Shown here: piece after piece, positions 45,950-56,508 of the stretch | Layout of the letters: each line of letters starts with the position of its first letter | Numbering within the stretch: position 1 is the first letter of the stretch | NCBI GenBank assembly: GCA_048245415.1 | Contig: DBFBAP010000011.1 | Coordinates: forward strand, 74,532-138,531 | DNA: 64,000 nucleotides | Source of the DNA: Collinsella sp. | GTDB taxonomy: Bacteria > Actinomycetota > Coriobacteriia > Coriobacteriales > Coriobacteriaceae | Direction of reading: 5' to 3' | The notes under the pieces: model-generated | Told to the model about the DNA's origin: nothing | What the model saw: the letters and a program-made list of their open reading frames with translations, nothing else | Databases searched by the model: none | Position numbers and translations under genes: made by a program

Positions 45950-47398
45950 ATGGCAGAATCTCGTGCGGAGCGTAAGGCTCGTCGTGCTTTGATCGAGGCG
46001 GCTGAGGGGTCAGAGGAGAAAAAAACTTCTCAGAAATCCAAGTCGTCTCAGGACGCGAAGGGTAAGTCGGCCAAGGGCAAGGCTAAGGCCAAGCGTCCCG
46101 GCTCTCGTCGGAGCGAGGATACGGCATCTCAGACTCGCTCCAAGCGCCCGTATAAGAATCCGGTTCCGTCTGCGCGCAAGGCCGTTGATCCCAAGTCTCC
46201 TTGTTCCATCATGAAAGCTTGCGGTGGGTGTACGGCGCTCAATCGTCCTTATAAGAAGCAGCTCGCCGCCAAGCAGGCTGCTATGGAGGAGCTTTTTGCT
46301 TCGCTTTGTGCGCGTGAGGGCATTGCTGTAGATCCTATTCGTGGTATGGGTGTCACCCTGGGCGACCCGGGCAAATATCCTGCGCCGCGCGGTTTTCGCC
46401 ATAAGGCCGCCACTCCCTTTGCTCCCGGTAAGGAGGGCGCTGTCCGTTGCGGTTTCTTTGAGCGCGGCACGCACAAGATCGTTGCCGTACCCGAGTGTCC
46501 TGTCGAGGCACCGGGCGCCCGTCAGATTCTCAACGGCATCGCACGCGAAGCTGAGCGGCTGCATATTCCCGCCTTTAATGAGGACAAGCATCTTGGTTTG
46601 CTTCGCTATGCCGTCGTCCGCTGCGGTTGGCGTACCGACCAGGTCATGGTCACGCTCGTGACCGCTCAGCGCGACTTGCTGCATGCGCAGGAGTTCTTTG
46701 AGGCTGTCGCCGCACTCAATCCGCACATCGTCACCGTCGCCCAAAACATCAACGGACGCCCCGGCAACGCCATCCTCGGCGAGGAAACCCGCATTGTATA
46801 TGGCGCCGAGTGCATGCGCGACCAGCTGCTCGGCTGCGAGTTCGATATCTCCCCCACCGCGTTCTACCAGACCAACCCGCAGCAGACCGAGCTGCTCTAT
46901 CAGCTCGCGATTGACGGCATGGACCTGCAGCAGGGCGACGTACTCATGGATGCCTATTGCGGTAGCGGAACTATCGGCCTGTGCGCAGCTAAAGATGCCC
47001 AGAACAAGGGTATCGGCATTATGCTGCTCGGCGTTGAGCGCAACCCGGCGGGCATTGCCGACGCACGTCGCAATGCCGAGCTCAACGGCCTCACCCGCAG
47101 CGCTTGGTTTATGGCCGACGACGCCACCGACTACATCCTGGATGCCGCCGACAACAACGAACGCGTCGACGTTCTTTCCATCGACCCGCCGCGCGCCGGC
47201 TCCACGCCCGAGTTCCTCGAAGCTGCCTGCGCACTTAAGCCGCGCCGCATCACCTATATCAGCTGCAACCCCGTGACCCAAGAGCGCGACCTGCACCAGC
47301 TCCTCGACGGAGGCTATCGCCTGCTCAAGATCACGCCAGTCGACATGTTCCCTCACACCGACCACACCGAAACCGTAGCGGTCCTCGAACGCCGCTAA
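45950..47398 (+). CDS. 23S rRNA (uracil-C5)-methyltransferase, RumA/RlmD family, with Lys-rich N-terminal extension
   Basis: Cys cluster CSIMKACGGC, SAM motif DAYCGSGTIGL and catalytic ...YISCNP. Start placed at ATG 45950, because the upstream part of the ORF covers the palindromic element. Confidence 0.8.
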   Translation: MAESRAERKARRALIEAAEGSEEKKTSQKSKSSQDAKGKSAKGKAKAKRPGSRRSEDTASQTRSKRPYKNPVPSARKAVDPKSPCSIMKACGGCTALNRPYKKQLAAKQAAMEELFASLCAREGIAVDPIRGMGVTLGDPGKYPAPRGFRHKAATPFAPGKEGAVRCGFFERGTHKIVAVPECPVEAPGARQILNGIAREAERLHIPAFNEDKHLGLLRYAVVRCGWRTDQVMVTLVTAQRDLLHAQEFFEAVAALNPHIVTVAQNINGRPGNAILGEETRIVYGAECMRDQLLGCEFDISPTAFYQTNPQQTELLYQLAIDGMDLQQGDVLMDAYCGSGTIGLCAAKDAQNKGIGIMLLGVERNPAGIADARRNAELNGLTRSAWFMADDATDYILDAADNNERVDVLSIDPPRAGSTPEFLEAACALKPRRITYISCNPVTQERDLHQLLDGGYRLLKITPVDMFPHTDHTETVAVLERR

Positions 47399-47476
47399 CC
47401 AACCTCAGTAGATTTTTGGGACAAGAAAGGGGGCAACCCGCCTGGGCCGCCCCCTTCGCTTGGTTTATAAACTCCG

Positions 47477-48298
47477 CTACATCCCATTGCGCAGATCGCA
47501 CACGCCGGCTGCCGCCATCTCGCGCAGCAGCGTCTCGCGGTCGCGCGTCACGATCAAATCCAGCGGGAAGTGAATCTCGTCGAGCATCTTGCGCGCGTGA
47601 TCGAGCTTGCCAATGGCCATGCCAATGTGGGCATCGGTCGACACGCCAATGCCCACGCCCAGCTCGGCGCAGCGCTCGGCAATCTTGCGGCATACGGCCC
47701 AATGCTCAGTGTCGACACCGTGTTCAAGACTATGGTTGTTGATCTCGATAATCTTGTGCTTGGCCTTAGCTGCCAACAGCACCTCGTCGATATCGAACGG
47801 CACACCCGAACGCCCCGTGTGACCCAGCATGAACACCTTGGGGTGCTCCAGGGCATTGATATACATCTCGGTCGTCTGGGCCAGCGTCGCGCCCTCAGCA
47901 ATCTGCGGATTATGCACGCTTGCAACCAAATAATCCAAATTACGCGTAACCAAATCGAACAGCGAATGCTGACGGCTGTACGAATCGCCGGCAATATCGA
48001 GCGTGACAGGAGTGTCCTCGCCAAACAGGCTTCCGTCCAGCGAAACGATATCGGCCTCGGCACCACGCAGCACCAGCACGCCGCTCCAAATGCGCGGCCA
48101 GATATCCTGGTTGATAAAGAACTGGTAACTGCGCAGGTCATTGGGGCAAGCCGTAACCATAGAGCTCAAATGGTCGGCAGATCCGAGCACCTGCAGACCA
48201 CGCTCTGCCGCCCAGTACACATTCTCCTCAATGGTCGAATATGCATGCGCAGAGAACATCGTATGGGTATGAATGTCACAAGAAAGCAGGTAGGGCAT
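47477..48298 (-). CDS. PHP-domain phosphoesterase (YcdX-like)
   Basis: CDIHTHTMFSAHAYSTIEEN... and ...LGSADH..., ...GHTG..., ...GVSTDAH metal-binding His blocks. Confidence 0.8.
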   Translation of the reverse strand: MPYLLSCDIHTHTMFSAHAYSTIEENVYWAAERGLQVLGSADHLSSMVTACPNDLRSYQFFINQDIWPRIWSGVLVLRGAEADIVSLDGSLFGEDTPVTLDIAGDSYSRQHSLFDLVTRNLDYLVASVHNPQIAEGATLAQTTEMYINALEHPKVFMLGHTGRSGVPFDIDEVLLAAKAKHKIIEINNHSLEHGVDTEHWAVCRKIAERCAELGVGIGVSTDAHIGMAIGKLDHARKMLDEIHFPLDLIVTRDRETLLREMAAAGVCDLRNGM

Positions 48299-48463
48299 CA
48301 GGTCTCCTTATCTGGCACGGCCGTCGCTTATATTCATTGTACGCATAGCCTTCGATAGTCGTAAAACCACTCCATCCCAAAGACACAACGTCCATGACAA
48401 CGGGGTCCGGCTTAACACCAAACCCCGTTTCACGTAAAACATTGTAGGCAGAGCGCTTTACTT

Positions 48464-49648
48464 TTAACGATACTCGTCCGCCAACTGTTTCCAAGCGGGT
48501 AGCGAATTGACAATCGTTTCGTAGCTCACGCAATAGCCCAGGCGGAACCAACCCGGCATACCAAAGCTGTCCGAGGGAACCGCAAGCAACTCATACTTCT
48601 TTGCGCGCTCGCAAAACGCATTCGCATCGGGCTCGAGTGCCTTCACCCACAGGTAGAAAGCACCGTCCGGCTCAACATAGGTATAGCCGTAGTCCGTCAA
48701 AGCATCGGTGAGCGCCGTGCGGTTGCGGGCATAGGCCCCGACATCACTCGGCTCATCGATGCAATCGATGATCACGCGCTGAAAGAGTGCCGGTGCGCAT
48801 ACAAAACCCAGCGTACGGGCAGCGCCCGCAACAGCCGGCATCAGACGGGCAGCCTGCGGATTGGTGTTGGGAACCAAGATCCACCCCACGCGCTCACCCG
48901 GCAGCGACAGCGACTTGGAATACGAGTAGCACACGATGGTGTGCTCGTAGATCGAGGGCACCCAAGGCACCTCGGCACCGTACACGATCTCGCGGTACGG
49001 CTCATCCGAGATGAGCATAATCGGATTCTCGGGATCGCGCTGAGCGTTGGCCTCGCGCAGAACATTGGCCAGTCGCGTCAGCGTGTTGCGTGTATATACG
49101 GCACCAGTCGGATTGTTGGGCGAGTCGATGATGACGGCAGTCGTCTTATCGGTAATCGCCTTGAGCACGTTGTCCACGCTCAGCTGGAACGTATCTTCAT
49201 CGGCGAGCGCCTCAACACACGTACAGCCGGCCTTCTCAATCCAAACGCGATACTCCGGAAAGTACGGGGCGATAACAATAACCTCGTCGCCCGGGTTCGT
49301 AACGGCGTTGAGCGTGCAGGTGAGCGAAGCCGCGGCACCCACCGTCATAAAGACGTCCTTACCCTCATAGTTCGTTCCAAAGCGGCGGTTGAGCGATTCG
49401 GCGACGGCTGCTCGACATTGCGGCAGGCCCGGAGCGGGGGTGTAGCCGTGCAACTGGTCACTCGGCAGCTCCAGGGCCTTCTTAATGGACTCCGCCACAG
49501 CAGCGGGTGCCGGAACGCTCGGATTGCCCAGCGAAAAATCAAATACGTTTTCCGCACCGATCTGCGCCTTGCGCTCAAGGCCATAGCTAAAAATCTCACG
49601 GATGATGGAGCTTTCCGCACCGCGAGCATACATAGTTTCGTTGATCAT
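48464..49648 (-). CDS. Class I/II pyridoxal-phosphate-dependent aminotransferase
   Basis: FSLGNPSVPAP, a YSYSKSLSLPGERVG PLP-lysine block and 394 aa from ATG 49648 (MINETMYARG). The upstream 33 codons of the listed ORF cover a palindrome. Confidence 0.85.
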   Translation of the reverse strand: MINETMYARGAESSIIREIFSYGLERKAQIGAENVFDFSLGNPSVPAPAAVAESIKKALELPSDQLHGYTPAPGLPQCRAAVAESLNRRFGTNYEGKDVFMTVGAAASLTCTLNAVTNPGDEVIVIAPYFPEYRVWIEKAGCTCVEALADEDTFQLSVDNVLKAITDKTTAVIIDSPNNPTGAVYTRNTLTRLANVLREANAQRDPENPIMLISDEPYREIVYGAEVPWVPSIYEHTIVCYSYSKSLSLPGERVGWILVPNTNPQAARLMPAVAGAARTLGFVCAPALFQRVIIDCIDEPSDVGAYARNRTALTDALTDYGYTYVEPDGAFYLWVKALEPDANAFCERAKKYELLAVPSDSFGMPGWFRLGYCVSYETIVNSLPAWKQLADEYR

Positions 49649-49707
49649 CTGTTCCCCTTTCGCATAGGCGCTATTGTACGCTTTAGCCGAGCAAAGTGCC
49701 GCAGCAA

Positions 49708-49769
49708 TGTTGATTGGGGACAGACTTAAATGCGTGAAAACGCTCATTTAAGTCTGTCCCCAATCAACA
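49708..49769. promoter_or_regulatory. 62-nt near-perfect palindrome upstream of the aminotransferase gene
   Basis: TGTTGATTGGGGACAGACTTAAATG (49708-49732) is the exact reverse complement of 49745-49769. The spacer CGTGAAAACGCT is partly self-complementary. Each arm carries GGGACAGACTTA. Confidence 0.85.
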
Positions 49770-49794
49770 GACGGCCCCATATCGCTCAAAAGAA

Positions 49795-49808
49795 AAAGCC
49801 TCCGCAGG
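49795..49808 (-). terminator. Distal half of the split ftsH terminator hairpin (plus T-tract)
   Basis: The minus strand reads CCTGCGGAGGCTTT followed by TTCTTTTG. It is complementary to 61433-61446. Confidence 0.7.
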
Positions 49809-49824
49809 TTTAGACGGGTGCTCG

Positions 49825-49836
49825 TAAGAAAGTAAT
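49825..49836 (+). repeat. Left subterminal inverted repeat of the element (TAAGAAAGTAAT)
   Basis: Exact reverse complement of 61405-61416. Confidence 0.8.
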
Positions 49837-49887
49837 TCACTCAAAATTACACTTACGGCATCTGTCAGACGGGATTGGGTAAATGAA

Positions 49888-49933
49888 ATATGCTGGACAT
49901 GGTTGATTTTAACCGTGTCCAGCATATTTTTTT
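49888..49933. terminator. Terminator downstream of the XRE gene
   Basis: ATATGCTGGACA / TGTCCAGCATAT stem followed by TTTTTTT on the + strand and TTTCATTT on the - strand. Confidence 0.75.
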
Positions 49934-49935
49934 GC

Positions 49936-50778
49936 CTATTTGCGTTTTCTTTTCCCTTTTCCGTGGGTCATATTGGTTTTCCCTCGTTGGTTAATAGAGG
50001 GTTTCAGGTGTTTGGACAGTTTCAAAACCTCTATTAGATTTACAAACTGCTCCATCGTGATCGCATCATAGTCAATACCAAAGGTTGCGAGGAAAATGCG
50101 GGCCTGCTTTTCCGCATTGCTGCCTTTGTAGTTCGTGGCTTCCTGCAAACTCTTTTGCACATCCAGCGCCGGAGAATGGCTGTCCGCAGTGGTTGCATCA
50201 TTTTGATGGGCTTCCCGAATATCCCGAAGGATCAGTTTCAAATCGTCAGAAATAACATGGCAAAAATACTCGTCCTCTTGTATTTGTGCAAGTTCCAGTG
50301 TCCGCAGATACAGATCATTTTCCGTTTCTCCCTGCTGCATCAGTACCATTTGACGAACGGCTTGCAGTACAGCGTTCATATCGCTAATCCGCATATCAGC
50401 GATCCGATCTACATAAATCTCCGCATCCAGCATCATTTTCTGAAAATCATGGTGACTGATAATTTCCGACAGCAGCCGGGGGTTGAATTTCCCGGCTTTC
50501 AGAACATCAATCGCATCATCACTCAGGTGCAGGGCACTCAGCTCTGTGTCTGAGTGATTTTTTTGTTCTGACACCCCTAACAGATAATCCGTAGTCACAT
50601 GATAAAACTTTGCCAGTGTGACGATGGCAAAAGGGCTTATGTCCTTATAATCATCATTCTCGTATTTGCCGAGCGCAGATTTGGAAAGCCCGGTCTGGTC
50701 GGCCAGCTGTTCCAAGGTAAGTCCGTGCTCCACCCGCAAATCCTTCAATTTTTCTTGAATAGTTAAGGTCGTATTCAT
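49936..50778 (-). CDS. XRE-family HTH regulator with a large uncharacterised C-terminal domain
   Basis: IQEKLKDLRVEHGLTLEQLADQTGLSKSALGKYEND HTH_3 block, followed by about 210 aa with no recognised family. GGAGG precedes ATG 50778. Confidence 0.8.
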   Translation of the reverse strand: MNTTLTIQEKLKDLRVEHGLTLEQLADQTGLSKSALGKYENDDYKDISPFAIVTLAKFYHVTTDYLLGVSEQKNHSDTELSALHLSDDAIDVLKAGKFNPRLLSEIISHHDFQKMMLDAEIYVDRIADMRISDMNAVLQAVRQMVLMQQGETENDLYLRTLELAQIQEDEYFCHVISDDLKLILRDIREAHQNDATTADSHSPALDVQKSLQEATNYKGSNAEKQARIFLATFGIDYDAITMEQFVNLIEVLKLSKHLKPSINQRGKTNMTHGKGKRKRK

Positions 50779-51373
50779 GCCAAGCCTCCCCACCGCTCTA
50801 TTTCTTTTATTATAACACAGCTTGTCCATAAGCGTGGAAATTGCTGCTTTTTCAGAGCCTTTTCCATCCTTTTGGATATACGGGAATGGTCATGTTTTTT
50901 CGCTAAAATGTACTTGTCGCAAGACTCCGTAGCTTGAAAAGTACATGACCGTCCGAATGGGATATGTTCTCCGGCGAAGTATCGCCACGACATGAGCGTA
51001 CCAAAGAGAACAAAACGCTGGGGTGAGATTCCCGGGCAGGAACGGCATTCGGGAAAAACGGCGCTTAAAAACGCAGGCAAAAATCAATCCATGTGAAATC
51101 AGCGAACAAACTGCAATTTTAGTATTGCTACCCACACCAAAAAGCGTTGCACCGTACAGCATACACAGTACATCGTTCCGTGTGGATATTCGCTGTTTGG
51201 CTTGATTTCGCACAAACCAGCAAAATGGAAAAGCGGGGGCTGTGAACAGGGCATCACAAGCCAAAATTCCAGTTTGAAATTGAGTTTTAGCAAAACAAAG
51301 CTTTGCAGCAAATGGAGTTTATCACGGAATAGATTTTGTTCGCCGCAGAGCAAACAAAACAGGAGGACTTTTT

Positions 51374-52211
<838 letters not shown>

Positions 52212-52326
52212 AGGGGGTGTTTTTACAGGAATGTGTACTTTTTTGTAGGAGATTTAGATAACTTGTAGTTGTTTGCCGAATAGCGAAAAAGGAATTTTAC
52301 TGATAGACTTTTTCTGTTAAAAGAGG

Positions 52327-52378
52327 TATAATAAAAATATTATGGAAAGGTGTATCTATTTACAGGAAAGTACACCTT
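52327..52378 (+). promoter_or_regulatory. Candidate promoter -10 (TATAAT, 52327-52332) and leader inverted repeat upstream of the methyltransferase
   Basis: TAGACT, then a 17-nt spacer, then TATAAT. AAGGTGTA (52347-52354) pairs with TACACCTT (52371-52378). Confidence 0.4.
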
Positions 52379-52410
52379 CATGTAAAGGATTCTAATGGAG
52401 GGTACTAAAA

Positions 52411-53520
52411 GTGGGAAATACCAATGAGACTTTAAGAAAGCCGAGAATTGTTTCTATCTTTTCCGGCTGTGGAGGCCTTGACTATGGCTTTCACATGGAA
52501 GGATATGAAACAATATGGGCTAACGATTTTGCAGAATGGGCGTGCAAATCCTTTGCCGCCAATTTCGGCGATGTTATTCACTATAAGGATATTACCAAGA
52601 TAGATCCTTACACCGACACCACCATCCCGGAATGTGACATTGTTCTGGGTGGTTTTCCGTGTCAGGACTTCTCTATTATCTGGAAACAGCCCGGTCTGAA
52701 CGGCACCCGTGGCGGTCTGTTCAGACATTTTGCAGAATTTGTTGATGCAAAGAAACCGAAAGCGTTTGTTGCTGAGAATGTTAAGGGGCTAATTACGGCC
52801 AATAACGGGAGGGCCATTGACACCATTATCAAAGATTTCGAAAGCATCGCTCCCGGCTATGTGGTAAAGCCCCATCTGTATAACTTTGCGGAATACGGCG
52901 TACCACAGTTCAGAGAGCGTGTCCTCTTTGTCGGTGTCAGAATTGATACGGGATTTGACTTTGTTCATCCCAAGCCTTCTCATGGCCCGAACGGTACACT
53001 TCCTTATGTGACAGCAGGCGAAGCGCTGGAGGGTGTTGAAAAGGTTCCTACTAATAACGAGCATATCAACATCAAGGAAAAGACACGGAAGGTTCTTGAA
53101 CTAATTCCCGAGGGCGGCAACTTCACGGATATTCCAAAGGATAATCCACTGTATGTTAAGGGCATGATTAGCCATGTTTACCGCAGAATCAAGAGAGATG
53201 AGCCAGCTAAGACAATTATTGCTGCTGGCGGCGGCGGGACATGGGGATATCACTATCCTGAACCTCGTCCTCTGACTAACAGAGAGCGTGCACGGCTGCA
53301 GTCTTTCCCTGACGATTTTATTTTTGAAGGCAGTGTCACGGAAGTACGCAGACAAATCGGCAACGCTGTTCCTCCTGTGGGTGTGCGGGCTGTTGCTAAG
53401 CGCTTACTTCCCTTGTTTACAGGAGAATATACCCCTGTCGATTTGCTGCCGGAATACGAGAAGATGAAAGCCATGACGGTTAAGCAAAGACTTGAGTATG
53501 TAACATTACAAATGAACTAA
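52411..53520 (+). CDS. DNA (cytosine-5)-methyltransferase
   Basis: Motif I FSGCGG, motif IV GFPCQDFS, motif VI ENVKGL and motif X RQIGNAVPP. A GTG start follows GGAGGG. Confidence 0.93.
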   Translation: MGNTNETLRKPRIVSIFSGCGGLDYGFHMEGYETIWANDFAEWACKSFAANFGDVIHYKDITKIDPYTDTTIPECDIVLGGFPCQDFSIIWKQPGLNGTRGGLFRHFAEFVDAKKPKAFVAENVKGLITANNGRAIDTIIKDFESIAPGYVVKPHLYNFAEYGVPQFRERVLFVGVRIDTGFDFVHPKPSHGPNGTLPYVTAGEALEGVEKVPTNNEHINIKEKTRKVLELIPEGGNFTDIPKDNPLYVKGMISHVYRRIKRDEPAKTIIAAGGGGTWGYHYPEPRPLTNRERARLQSFPDDFIFEGSVTEVRRQIGNAVPPVGVRAVAKRLLPLFTGEYTPVDLLPEYEKMKAMTVKQRLEYVTLQMN

Positions 53521-53532
53521 GGGGGACAGAGT

Positions 53533-54594
53533 ATGGATTTTTTGTTTTCCAACTATCCTCCGATGAAGACTGGAAACAAAACATTCGCGGAGGCGTTCTA
53601 CAGCCTGCTCCCGAAAACTTCAAAATTAGATATTGCCGTAGGTTATGTGTCTGCCGATTCATTGATTGAGTTGCAAAAAACTATCGAATTGAACAGCAAT
53701 ATTCGCACATTGAACCTCATTATCGGGATGCATTATTTTGACTATTTTACCAAAGTACAGTACGATGCGGCAATGCACCTAAATGATTTCTTGGCGGGTA
53801 ATCAGATGGGTGGCGTCCGGCTTGTCAATGCTTTCCGCTATCACGGAAAACTGTATTCTTATAGCAATGCTACTGGTCCGTTTGCAGGAATTGTAGGGTC
53901 GAACAACCTAAGCAGCATTGTAGATGGCGGCGTTCGTATGTATGAGAGTTCTGTTTTATTGAACGATGAGGTATCTGCTAAACAGATAAACGCGTTCATC
54001 CGTCAGCTTATGCAAACCTCTACAAGAAACATTGCCGAGTTGGAAATTGACACATTCAATAATGAAAATGCACTGCTGGATGGACACGAATTTGTTGAGA
54101 AAGTGGCTCCTCAGAATCTTGCAAAAGCAATAAATGCGAAAACAGACATTTCTTTTGAAATACCCATTAAACCATATGAAGTGTCTCCGCAAAGCAACTT
54201 GAATGCATTTTTTGGAAAAGGCAGAGAATCCAAAAACGGTCTTGTCAAACCACGACATTGGTACGAAGTTGAGCTGATTGTACCCAAAAATGTGACAAGT
54301 CAGCCTGGATATCCGCAAAGCCAAACCGATAATGCAGTTTTCACAGTTATTACCGATGATGGATGGTCATTTAAGTGTAAGGTCAGCGGTGATTACAGCA
54401 AAAATTTCCGTTCAGAAGGCGATTTGAAAATTCTTGGGAAATGGCTGAAAGGGCGCTTGGAAAACGCAGGTGTACTGGCCGTCGGTAATCCGGTTACCGC
54501 AGATACGCTGAGGCGTTATGGGCGCAATTCATTTGCACTTACAAAGACAACCATACCGGGAATCTGGTTTCTTGATTTTGGGGTGGGACAATGA
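53533..54594 (+). CDS. Restriction endonuclease R subunit: N-terminal PLD-type nuclease domain + C-terminal B3-like DNA-binding domain (NgoFVII/CglI-like)
   Basis: Single HxK...GSxN block (YHGKLYSYSNATGPFAGIVGSNNLS). The C-terminal part HWYEVELIVPK...WSFKCKVSGD...LGKWLKGRL is compatible with a B3/EcoRII-N-type fold. 353 aa. Confidence 0.7.
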   Translation: MDFLFSNYPPMKTGNKTFAEAFYSLLPKTSKLDIAVGYVSADSLIELQKTIELNSNIRTLNLIIGMHYFDYFTKVQYDAAMHLNDFLAGNQMGGVRLVNAFRYHGKLYSYSNATGPFAGIVGSNNLSSIVDGGVRMYESSVLLNDEVSAKQINAFIRQLMQTSTRNIAELEIDTFNNENALLDGHEFVEKVAPQNLAKAINAKTDISFEIPIKPYEVSPQSNLNAFFGKGRESKNGLVKPRHWYEVELIVPKNVTSQPGYPQSQTDNAVFTVITDDGWSFKCKVSGDYSKNFRSEGDLKILGKWLKGRLENAGVLAVGNPVTADTLRRYGRNSFALTKTTIPGIWFLDFGVGQ

Positions 54595-56486
54595 GTTACT
54601 TGCAATCTTATTTAGATAGAATCCGTGGCAAAGGAAACCCTGCTCTTGCAGATGCAATCCATAAAACAGTTGAGGATATAGTTCCGCAGTACATTTCCAA
54701 TTTTTCTTTTACTGATCATGTTGTAAGCCTGTTAGTGGGTGATGTTCAAAGCGGTAAAACGAGCCATATGTTTGGACTTATGTGTGCTGCTGCTGATGAA
54801 AGTTTTATGAATTTTGTTCTGCTGACAACAGACAATATTCTGCTACAACAGCAGACCTATCAAAGAGCGCAACGGGATCTTTGTGATTTCTGCATTTGCG
54901 ATGAAAATGATTACCTAAAATTTGTTCAGAACAATCTGCACAAACCCGCAGTAATTGTTTTGAAAAAGAATACTTCTGTGCTGAAGCAGTGGAAAAACAA
55001 TTTCTCTTCAACCAATTTCTGCGCCGGTAATCCGCTGTTCATTGTAGATGATGAGGCCGATGCTGCCAGTCTGAACACTCAGGTGAATAGAAATAAGCAA
55101 AGTACCATCAACAAAAATTTGGAAGCCATCAAGAAAACAACTTCCAGTAGTATTTATATGCAAGTAACCGGTACACCGCAGTCTATTCTTCTGCAAACAG
55201 CCAAAAGCGGTTGGAAACCCTATTTTATCTATTATTTTAGGCCGGGCAAGGGTTATATGGGAGGGGATTTCTTTTTTCCACCGGAACCACCGAAACAGGT
55301 TATTCTTACAGACAATGATGAAGCCGAAGAACTTTTGAATGACGATGAATTTCCAGAAAATGGACTAAAAACTGCGTTGATCATGCATTTGATTTCCTCC
55401 GGTCATATTATGCTGAACGGTGGAACGGTCTGTAATTTTCTAATTCATCCGAGCATGAAAACCAGCCAGCATTCCTGTTTTGCAAATAAAATCGGGAACT
55501 ATTTGAATGAAATTTCTCATTCCCATAACGAGGCGGAAACGAGAGAAGCATTTGAACGCGCCTATGAGTCATTGAGAGAAACAAAAACGGACATTCTGCC
55601 GTTTGAGCAGATTTATGGCTTTATAGCAGAGCAGCTTCAGGAGGATAAAATCGGTATTCTAATGCTGAACTCTATCGTATCTTATGATGAAAATACGCAG
55701 TATGAAAAAGGCATCAATGTTATTGTTGGAGGCAACAGTTTAGGCCGTGGAGTGACTTTCCCGCAGCTCCAAACAATTTACTATTGCCGTGTTGCAAAAA
55801 GTCCGCAAGCTGATACTATGTGGCAACATGCAAGAATGTTTGGCTATGACCGTGATCCCTGCCTGCTCCGTGTATTCATGCCACCGAAACTGTTCAAGTT
55901 GTTCTCTGATATTAACAGAACCAACAACAGTATCATCAAGCAGATTGAAAACTCCAGCAACGGATGTGACATTAAGATTTTCTATCCTACTGGCCTGAAG
56001 CCCACCAGAAAAAATGTGCTGGACAAAAAAGCTGTTGGAATCTATTCAGGTGGAGTCAACTATTTCCCGTTTTATCCTGTGAATAAGGATGTTGCATCCA
56101 TTGATATGTTGCTTCAGTCGTTTGGGGATGACTTGTATACTGTTAGTTTGAAACTAATTAAAAAGGTCATGGAGCAGCTTGATTCTGAAACAGCAGACGA
56201 TTGGAATGCAAAAGCCTTTATTGGTTTTGTCAACACGCTGTTGGCTACCGACCCGACAGCTCAAGGAAAGCTGATCGTCCGCAGAAATAGAGATATTGGT
56301 AAGGGAACCGGCACTTTGCTTTCTCCCACCGACCGCAATCTGGGCGATACCTATCCCGATGATCTGGTACTTACCATGTACAAAATTACAGGCAATAAGG
56401 CCAAGGGGTGGGACGGAACACAACTTTGGATTCCTAATATCAAATTGCCTGGTGACTGTGCATATTACACTGGGGAAACCATCTGA
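54591..56486 (+). CDS. Restriction-associated ATPase N subunit (P-loop/DEAD, Z1-domain-like)
   Basis: Walker A GDVQSGKTS and Walker B FIVDDEADAAS. 631 aa. The ATG overlaps the R stop codon (ATGA). Confidence 0.7.
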   Translation: MSYLQSYLDRIRGKGNPALADAIHKTVEDIVPQYISNFSFTDHVVSLLVGDVQSGKTSHMFGLMCAAADESFMNFVLLTTDNILLQQQTYQRAQRDLCDFCICDENDYLKFVQNNLHKPAVIVLKKNTSVLKQWKNNFSSTNFCAGNPLFIVDDEADAASLNTQVNRNKQSTINKNLEAIKKTTSSSIYMQVTGTPQSILLQTAKSGWKPYFIYYFRPGKGYMGGDFFFPPEPPKQVILTDNDEAEELLNDDEFPENGLKTALIMHLISSGHIMLNGGTVCNFLIHPSMKTSQHSCFANKIGNYLNEISHSHNEAETREAFERAYESLRETKTDILPFEQIYGFIAEQLQEDKIGILMLNSIVSYDENTQYEKGINVIVGGNSLGRGVTFPQLQTIYYCRVAKSPQADTMWQHARMFGYDRDPCLLRVFMPPKLFKLFSDINRTNNSIIKQIENSSNGCDIKIFYPTGLKPTRKNVLDKKAVGIYSGGVNYFPFYPVNKDVASIDMLLQSFGDDLYTVSLKLIKKVMEQLDSETADDWNAKAFIGFVNTLLATDPTAQGKLIVRRNRDIGKGTGTLLSPTDRNLGDTYPDDLVLTMYKITGNKAKGWDGTQLWIPNIKLPGDCAYYTGETI

Positions 56487-56508
56487 GTATAGATGGAGGT
56501 GATTTCCA

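Noticed and set aside
50775-51264. Minus-strand ORFs 50775..51080 (101 aa, its stop overlaps the XRE ATG as ATGA) and 50890..51264 (124 aa)
   Set aside because: Cys/Trp/Phe-rich implausible composition. The second starts at TTG with no RBS, and they overlap each other in different frames. The ATGA overlap of the first is suggestive but insufficient on its own.
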